A DNA stretch of 54,581 bases from Candidatus Paceibacter sp. (GTDB taxonomy: Bacteria > Patescibacteriota > Minisyncoccia > UBA6257 > JAGOQP01). Each line of letters opens with the position of its first letter. Within the stretch, counting starts at the first letter, position 1. Location of the stretch: NCBI GenBank assembly GCA_020724905.1, contig DYGB01000005.1:1-54581 (forward strand), given 5' to 3'. Both the position numbers and the translations under genes were made by a program. Under the pieces are notes generated by a model. That model saw only the letters and a program-made list of their open reading frames with translations, had not been told where the DNA came from and ran no database searches. This document shows positions 48,406-54,581 of this stretch, in pieces.

Positions 48406-49916
48406 GAAAAGATACAACAGTGTATAGAGCAATGGAGATATTTCCTGCAGTTCTTTCATGGGGAACCTTTGTGCTCTTTATTATTCTTTCCTTCTTTCTT
48501 CCTCTTTGGGTAGCTATTTTTATCATTCTCTTTGATGTGTATTGGTTTTTTAAAACAATGCACTTTTCTTTGTATCTTCGAAATAGTTACAAAAAGTTAC
48601 GCAAAAACATGAGAACTTCATGGTTGCGAAAACTACAGACAGATCCACAAACAAAAGATCTATGGGAAGACATATATCACCTTGTTATCCTTCCAATGTA
48701 TAAAGAGGATGAGGGGGTAGTACGAGGGGCACTAGAAAAGCTTGCACAGATACGCTACCCACAAGAAAAACTCATCGTCGTTCTTGGTCTTGAGGAAAGG
48801 GCAGGGGAGAAGGTACAAGAAATGGGAAAGCGTATGGAGAAAATGTTTGAAGGAGTGTTTTATGATTTCCTTGTTACTTCACATCCAAAAGATATCCCAG
48901 GAGAAGCTCCAGGGAAAGGATCAAATGAGGCATGGGCAGCCAAAGAAGCAAAAGAAAAAATTATCGATACAAAGGGAATTGACTACGCATCAGTGATGGT
49001 ATCTGTATTTGATATTGATACGCAAGTCTATCCACAATACTTTGCAATTCTTACCTATACCTTCCTTACCACTCCCGACAGGTTTCATGCCAGCTATCAG
49101 CCTGTTCCATTTTTTTTGAACAATGTTTTTGAAGCCCCAGCACTCTCTCGTATTATTGGATTTTCAGGAACATTTTGGCACCTCATGCAACAGATGGTAC
49201 CAGAAAAGCTTGTTACCTTCTCATCTCATTCCATGCCATTCCAAGCCGTTATCGATATAGGGTATTGGCAACGAGACATTGTATCAGAAGATTCACGTGT
49301 ATTTTTCCAATGTCTTCTTCACTACAATGGAAACTGGAGGACAGTACCTCTCTTTTATCCTGTTTCAATGGATGCCAATGTTGCACATTCTTTTTTTCAA
49401 ACACTGGTAAATATATACAAACAACAGAGACGATGGGGGTGGGGATCAGAAAACATCGCGTTTATCGCTCAGGGGTTTAGAGAAAATAAACATATTCCTA
49501 CGTATAAAAAGATATACTGGCTATTCCAGCAAATAGAAGGATTTCATTCATGGGCGACAAATGCAGTTATTATCTTCTCTTTAGGGTGGCTCCCTATATT
49601 TCTTGGTCCAGAATCATTCCGGGTTACACTTCTCGCATATAACCTTCCTTCTATTACGCAGTGGATTATGTTGGGAGCATCAGTGGGTATTATTACCACT
49701 GCAGTGCTTAGTATTGCGCTTCTTCCCCCAAAACCTCCTACATTTCGATGGTATCATTATCTTTGGTATCTTCTTTCCTGGGCGCTTATGCCATTTTCTC
49801 TTATCATCTTTGGATCTCTTCCAGCTCTTGAGGCTCAGACACGACTCGCACTTTCAGGGAAGTGGAGACTTGATTTTTGGGTCACTCCAAAGCATAGAAA
49901 AGAGAAAGGAAATTAA
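48396..49916 (+). CDS. Membrane-bound GT2 family glycosyltransferase
   Basis: PMYKE, GKGSN, DID, SED, QQRRW motifs. Confidence 0.9.
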   Translation: MHVRKDTTVYRAMEIFPAVLSWGTFVLFIILSFFLPLWVAIFIILFDVYWFFKTMHFSLYLRNSYKKLRKNMRTSWLRKLQTDPQTKDLWEDIYHLVILPMYKEDEGVVRGALEKLAQIRYPQEKLIVVLGLEERAGEKVQEMGKRMEKMFEGVFYDFLVTSHPKDIPGEAPGKGSNEAWAAKEAKEKIIDTKGIDYASVMVSVFDIDTQVYPQYFAILTYTFLTTPDRFHASYQPVPFFLNNVFEAPALSRIIGFSGTFWHLMQQMVPEKLVTFSSHSMPFQAVIDIGYWQRDIVSEDSRVFFQCLLHYNGNWRTVPLFYPVSMDANVAHSFFQTLVNIYKQQRRWGWGSENIAFIAQGFRENKHIPTYKKIYWLFQQIEGFHSWATNAVIIFSLGWLPIFLGPESFRVTLLAYNLPSITQWIMLGASVGIITTAVLSIALLPPKPPTFRWYHYLWYLLSWALMPFSLIIFGSLPALEAQTRLALSGKWRLDFWVTPKHRKEKGN

Positions 49917-50004
49917 AGGCTATTTTCCTTGCGTTTTTTTTATCGTGTATGATACACTTATAGAAAGGTCGTAGGTACACTACTAATCGACACATTTCAT
50001 AGCT

Positions 50005-50280
50005 ATGAAAAAACAAGATTTAATTGAGGTTGTCATGAACGCAGGTGGTATCGAAGTAAAGAAAGATGCTACCGCAGCAGTTGATGCTGTGTTCGATGCA
50101 ATCACAAGTTCTCTCTCAAAAGGAGAAGAGGTGTCAATTGCTGGATTTGGAACATTTCGTGTTACCAAGTCAGCAGCCCGTGAAGGGGTAAACCCTCGAA
50201 CTGGTGAAAAGATCCACATTGCTGCTTCAGTACGACCAAAATTCCGTGCTGCAAAGGCATTGAAAGATGCAGTGAAATAA
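50005..50280 (+). CDS. hup: DNA-binding protein HU
   Basis: GFGTF, AREGVNPRTGE, PKFRAAKALKDAV. Confidence 0.97.
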   Translation: MKKQDLIEVVMNAGGIEVKKDATAAVDAVFDAITSSLSKGEEVSIAGFGTFRVTKSAAREGVNPRTGEKIHIAASVRPKFRAAKALKDAVK

Positions 50281-50302
50281 GAGACTCTTATACACAAACA
50301 TC

Positions 50303-50330
50303 AAAAACCCCCTCATATAAGGGGGTTTTA
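50303..50330. terminator. Bidirectional terminator
   Basis: AAAACCCCCT-CATATA-AGGGGGTTTT. Confidence 0.8.
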
Positions 50331-50349
50331 TTATATATAACAAGAAGGG

Positions 50350-51267
50350 TTAGTTAAGGTATTCTCGTACCAGGAGGCTCATCTGGAGGAATATATCATA
50401 TGTGTTTTGGACAGATTGAGCTGACTGACGAATGATGGAACGAAGATATCCTTCAATATCATCTGAGCTAATATCTGAAACGGTAAAGATAGTATAAGGA
50501 GGAGCTGTTTGTCGTAGCTGTTCATTTCGTTCCTGAACGATGGTCTTTTTTAGACTTTCTCTGAATTGAAGTGTTGATGTTGAGGTATCTGTATAGAGGT
50601 GGAGAACAATTTGTTTTGCGGTATTAAGATATTCGTGTGATTGGGAAAGAGAGAATGAAGCGTCGTTGAAAAGGTCTCGTAAATCATTATCTTTAACAAG
50701 TTTTTGAGAATATATTTTTTCAATATCATTTTTTATTTTATCTCGTCTATCATTTCCGAGCATTAAGATACCATCCATACTTAAGATGTTCATGACAGTA
50801 GTAACTCGTCTAACATGAGGATCAATTTCTTCTGTTTTCTTCTTCTCTATATCTTTTGCAACTTCTTTTAATACTTCAACACTTGTTGCAGAACTAAGAG
50901 CCGTTTTCTGTGTTTCATAGTATGAGAGGAATGATGTGTTGTTTTCAACAAGGTATTCTTGTACATTTTTCCATTCTTCAGAATCAGGAAAGGTAACAGA
51001 ATCAAGTTGTGTTGCGATATCTTGGAGTTGGCTTTGGGCAATAGTAAGAACATTTCCAAGGATTGTTTTTCTGAGTTCAATTTCTTGTCCTACTTTCTCT
51101 GCTGCGGGGAGTGTGGTACTGTCTTTTAACTGTGCGAGTTCTTGTAGTTGCTGTTTTGTTTCTCCAAGCTTTTTTTCCATTTCTGGGCTTTGTGCGTATG
51201 CAAAAACAGGGGAGAGTGCGATCCCACTGATGAGTCCAAAGATACTTACGAGTAGTAGTTTTTTCAT
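50350..51267 (-). CDS. Secreted helical/coiled-coil hypothetical protein
   Basis: Signal peptide ending AYA; helical composition. Confidence 0.75.
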   Translation of the reverse strand: MKKLLLVSIFGLISGIALSPVFAYAQSPEMEKKLGETKQQLQELAQLKDSTTLPAAEKVGQEIELRKTILGNVLTIAQSQLQDIATQLDSVTFPDSEEWKNVQEYLVENNTSFLSYYETQKTALSSATSVEVLKEVAKDIEKKKTEEIDPHVRRVTTVMNILSMDGILMLGNDRRDKIKNDIEKIYSQKLVKDNDLRDLFNDASFSLSQSHEYLNTAKQIVLHLYTDTSTSTLQFRESLKKTIVQERNEQLRQTAPPYTIFTVSDISSDDIEGYLRSIIRQSAQSVQNTYDIFLQMSLLVREYLN

Positions 51268-51270
51268 AAA

Positions 51271-51789
51271 TTATTCACTGAGAGCCTTGAGTACATCATT
51301 AAGTTCAATAACGGTTGTTGTAGCGTGAGCATCAGTGCTTCCTTCTATTTGAGATGTTTCTTGTTGAATGATAGGTGTATTCAAGTGATCAAGACTATTT
51401 TCAGACACTTGTTGTAGTACTGCATTACTTTCTTGTGAGGTATTTTCAAAATAATTAAGTTGAGATAGTTGAACATCAATACGAGACTCTACCATTTCAG
51501 CTTCAGCAGTAATGCTTTTTTCGTTTAATCCAGGGAGAAAGAGAGGGGAGAGTTGCTGTGTCGCATAATAGACTCCAACGATAAGGAGCATTCCCACAAG
51601 AGCAAATGAAACTGAATTAAAGGAAGATCGTAGAAGCAAAGATGATGGTGAGGCGATAAGTTCCGGGGTATATACTTCCTGAGAAGAAGACAAAATACGC
51701 TCTTTTGAAAGGCGGGTGTATTCTTCTCTGGGCTCTATACGTCTGAGCTGAGAAAGAAGCTCTATAATATTGTAGCTATGCTTCTTCAT
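51271..51789 (-). CDS. Putative anti-sigma factor (single TM)
   Basis: Overlaps the 3' end of the ECF sigma gene; one TM; role inferred from position. Confidence 0.5.
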   Translation of the reverse strand: MKKHSYNIIELLSQLRRIEPREEYTRLSKERILSSSQEVYTPELIASPSSLLLRSSFNSVSFALVGMLLIVGVYYATQQLSPLFLPGLNEKSITAEAEMVESRIDVQLSQLNYFENTSQESNAVLQQVSENSLDHLNTPIIQQETSQIEGSTDAHATTTVIELNDVLKALSE

Positions 51790-52348
51790 GATGGGTTTCT
51801 TTTTCTATAATAGTTTGTAATTTTTTAAGCGCTCTATGATGAAGAACTCGAATAGTACCTTCTTTTCTTCCTAGTGACTGAGCTATCTCTGTATAGGAAA
51901 GATCTTCAATGTAGCGGAGAATGATAAGTGACTGATAATCATCAGAGAGTTCTTTAAGGGCTCTCATAACTTTTTCAAGTTGCATCTTCTTTTCTACATC
52001 AAGATCAGAAAATGAGTCTTCATCTTCTAGGACTCCTTCTGGAGTTTCATCGATACTGAACGTTGATTTTCGTGTACGATAGAAATCGATTACATGATTT
52101 CGCGCAATACGATACAGCCAGCTTGAGAGGGGGAGACCCTGATCTTTGAACTGAGGTATACTCCTCCAGGCTTTTAAAAATACCTGATGGGTAAGGTCCT
52201 CCGCTTCCTCACGGTGGCTTACTTTGAGGTATATAAACCGATATAATTTCGGCTGATAATGATCATATAAGTCGCCAAAAGCAGAGGCCTCACCCTCCAT
52301 GGCTTTCTGTATCAGCGTATTCTCATCTTGTAAATCGTTCTCTACCAT
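51776..52348 (-). CDS. ECF sigma-70 factor
   Basis: AFGDLYDHY, AEDLT, SWLYRIARN, LSYTEIA, HRALKKL. Confidence 0.95.
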   Translation of the reverse strand: MVENDLQDENTLIQKAMEGEASAFGDLYDHYQPKLYRFIYLKVSHREEAEDLTHQVFLKAWRSIPQFKDQGLPLSSWLYRIARNHVIDFYRTRKSTFSIDETPEGVLEDEDSFSDLDVEKKMQLEKVMRALKELSDDYQSLIILRYIEDLSYTEIAQSLGRKEGTIRVLHHRALKKLQTIIEKETHHEEA

Positions 52349-52352
52349 ATAT

Positions 52353-52378
52353 AACGAATAAGTTCACGTTCTGTTACA
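52353..52378 (-). promoter_or_regulatory. ECF-type autoregulatory promoter
   Basis: TGTAAC-16 bp-CGTT directly upstream of the sigma ATG. Confidence 0.65.
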
Positions 52379-52475
52379 TGACATATCAAATAATCTGTCA
52401 ATGCGTGTGAGCAGTATCTGTGTGTTAGTATCGTAATGATGGCATGTTTTTTGTCATTTGTCACCTTATACAACT

Positions 52476-53204
52476 ATGAAACTATATAACATTTTTCTTT
52501 TTCTTGGTGTGTTCTGTATTGTTGCAGGAATGTTTATCGTGGTGAGAAATGTATTCTGGGACCAGTCAGATGTTCAAACTGTGTTTCCTTCATATACTTC
52601 TTCCTATACCCCTCCTCCCATCGCAGATCCAGTACTTTGTGTTTCTTCCCCATATCCAGCGATACAGTATCTTGTAGGAGAAATTGGAAAAGGAAGAGTT
52701 AGTACTTCCTGTGAAGATGCAGATCTTCCTGTGGTTACACTTTCTGGCGATGCTCTTAGGGCGATTGTTCTAGAAAAAAGAAAAGAGGATGATGCAATTA
52801 CACAACAGCTTCAACGAACCCTTAACACACAGAGTGGATTTTTTTGGTTCTCCCTTAATGACCTTGGATACACCACTTCATATCTTGCGCAACAATTAGC
52901 ACAAGCTGATCCAGATGGAGCTCGATACTATGTCGATAACATATATCGTCTCGAGTATGATATAGAAACATTCCTCCAAGAGACAAAGTCACGTGCAAAA
53001 AAAATGACAATACGGGCACATGAGTCATGGGCACCACTCATATATGAATTTCGAGGGTATCTGAGTTGGGAAAAAGATAACACCCTTGAAGTAAAAACCA
53101 TTATTCTAGAAGGAGTAGAGCTTGTCCTAGATCCGTTTGGAGAAACAGGAGTATATAGTGGGTATATTGATTTTTTACGTGCACATGTGGCACACTTAGA
53201 GTAG
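52476..53204 (+). CDS. Degenerate ZnuA/TroA-like substrate-binding protein
   Basis: LVGEIG, FWFS, LAQADPDGARYYVDN, HESW resemble cluster A-I binding proteins. Confidence 0.5.
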   Translation: MKLYNIFLFLGVFCIVAGMFIVVRNVFWDQSDVQTVFPSYTSSYTPPPIADPVLCVSSPYPAIQYLVGEIGKGRVSTSCEDADLPVVTLSGDALRAIVLEKRKEDDAITQQLQRTLNTQSGFFWFSLNDLGYTTSYLAQQLAQADPDGARYYVDNIYRLEYDIETFLQETKSRAKKMTIRAHESWAPLIYEFRGYLSWEKDNTLEVKTIILEGVELVLDPFGETGVYSGYIDFLRAHVAHLE

Positions 53205-53216
53205 GTAGGAGAGTGA

Positions 53217-53525
53217 ATGAAAGACACGTTTTATATGGATACACATACACCTACAGACTCACCCATACATACCCCAACACAAAAGAAAAAGACTCGTTTT
53301 CTTGTTGCCCTTCTCATTATTCTTATATGTGCTACTATAGGGGTAGTCTTCTTTTTCAACCCCTTCCAAGAAGAACAAGAGAAGGTTGAAGAACTACGAG
53401 GATTGGGGAGGGATGAGCAAGAAGCACAGAATGTGACATCAGGAATTAATCAGTACCTCCAGGAGGAGGAAGCGCTTCAGGATATAGATCAGGCGCTTGA
53501 ACAGTTTCAAAACACAAGTAACTAA
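53217..53525 (+). CDS. Hypothetical single-TM protein
   Basis: TM segment plus acidic tail; AGGAG RBS. Confidence 0.65.
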   Translation: MKDTFYMDTHTPTDSPIHTPTQKKKTRFLVALLIILICATIGVVFFFNPFQEEQEKVEELRGLGRDEQEAQNVTSGINQYLQEEEALQDIDQALEQFQNTSN

Positions 53526-53530
53526 TACCT

Positions 53531-54259
53531 ATGAATAAAGACATTCCATTACCGATTCGGTATGGTCTTTGTATACTAATTGGTGGACTTATTTTCTCAG
53601 CACACGGTGTGGCTGCACAAGAAGCACTGCAAGAAAAAAACCTTGCAGAAGCGTATGCCCGTTTTTATGAACGTGCCCTTATCGTAAAGAAAGATACCTC
53701 GCTTGATGCACAACGAGCATTTCTTGATTCTGTTGTGAATCTTTTGCAGGTACGATACGAACAACTTGAAACACGTATACAAAAACATCCAGTACTCTCA
53801 GACGAAAAGAAAGAGGAGCTTTCAGATGCAATTGGTAAATATACACAAGAGCTTAGTTCTATTGGAACGAGTCTTAAAAAAACACGGAGCTCATATGAGA
53901 TAAATCAGGTTGGAAAACGTCTTGCTGAATTACGATCAACATATAAACAAACAACACAGCCCTACATCCTTAAAACCTATCTATCTGCATTTGAAGAAAA
54001 GGTTATCCCATCCCTTAGTGAGAGTGCGTCTCATCTACGAGGAGCGGTAGCTCAAAAAATACAAGCACATATCAGTGAGATAGAAACTATCCTTGATTCT
54101 ATCTATACCATCCTTGATAGCGATCAAATAGACATGAAAGAAGTAGGAGTTTCAATTTATACTATTGATGCTGTCTTAAAAGATGTGTATGGACTCTTTA
54201 GAGAATTAAGTATACGAGTAGCAGAAGAGAATATTGGTCTTGGATCTCTTATTGAATAA
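53531..54259 (+). CDS. Secreted helical hypothetical protein
   Basis: Signal peptide; coiled-coil composition. Confidence 0.7.
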   Translation: MNKDIPLPIRYGLCILIGGLIFSAHGVAAQEALQEKNLAEAYARFYERALIVKKDTSLDAQRAFLDSVVNLLQVRYEQLETRIQKHPVLSDEKKEELSDAIGKYTQELSSIGTSLKKTRSSYEINQVGKRLAELRSTYKQTTQPYILKTYLSAFEEKVIPSLSESASHLRGAVAQKIQAHISEIETILDSIYTILDSDQIDMKEVGVSIYTIDAVLKDVYGLFRELSIRVAEENIGLGSLIE

Positions 54260-54274
54260 GATTACAGAATACTA

Positions 54275-54304
54275 AAAAAAGACCCTCATGTGAGGGTCTT
54301 TTTT
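54275..54304. terminator. Bidirectional terminator
   Basis: Palindrome AAAAAAGACCCTCA-TG-TGAGGGTCTTTTTT. Confidence 0.8.
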
Positions 54305-54309
54305 GTCTG

Positions 54310-54380
54310 AGCGAGTGACGGGAATCGAACCCGCGTATCCTGCTTGGAAGGCAGGTGTACTACCACTGTACTACACTCGC
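54310..54380 (-). tRNA. tRNA-Gly(TCC)
   Basis: GCGAGTG/CACTCGC; CCTGC-CTTCCAA-GCAGG. Confidence 0.96.
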
Positions 54381-54386
54381 ACCTAG

Positions 54387-54459
54387 TCCACCCACTAGGA
54401 CTTGAACCTAGAACCGTTTGCTTAAGAGGCAACTGCTCTACCAATTGAGCTATGGGTGG
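54387..54459 (-). tRNA. tRNA-Lys(CTT)
   Basis: CCACCCA/TGGGTGG; anticodon loop CTCTTAA. Confidence 0.93.
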
Positions 54460-54581
54460 AATATGTAAATGGTACCGGTGTATTGTGCCACGAGGAGGTT
54501 CTTTTTTCAAGAAGAGGGGGAAGAGTGATGTTTTAGGTACAGACATTTGGCGGATTAGGTGGTTGAATAATCGGTCAAAAA

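Noticed and set aside
54286-54546. 86-aa ORF (and similarly 44008-44412)
   Set aside because: Read-through of tRNA genes

Overview
AT-rich bacterial chromosome segment using the standard genetic code. Gene content (short IF-2, MutY without an Fe-S motif, PilB, lamin-tail proteins, intron-rich 23S with no linked 16S) suggests a Patescibacteria/CPR (Parcubacteria-like) genome; that assignment is inference. Housekeeping genes include recA, ftsK, clpB, tsaE, ruvB, recG, argS, infB, rbfA and hup, plus a 23S-5S rRNA locus and 7 tRNAs. Notable items: (1) a complete diversity-generating retroelement (DGR) whose target is a type IV pilin-like/C-type-lectin-fold protein, with 18 VR/TR mismatches all at TR adenines and an RT that reads in frame into a cysteine desulfurase; (2) a 23S rRNA with a ~300-nt helix-45 insertion containing a full tRNA-shaped RNA, plus two ORF-less group I introns, one in the sarcin-ricin loop; (3) an array of small promoter-ORF-terminator cassettes behind tRNA-Glu, each closed by a copy of the tRNA 3' end, one carrying an apparent second DGR variable region with no matching template in the window; (4) a candidate 6S-like RNA; (5) a convergent cluster of a divergent thyA, HIT, dCMP deaminase and cytidylyltransferase. 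Family calls come from motif recognition by eye; no database searches were run.
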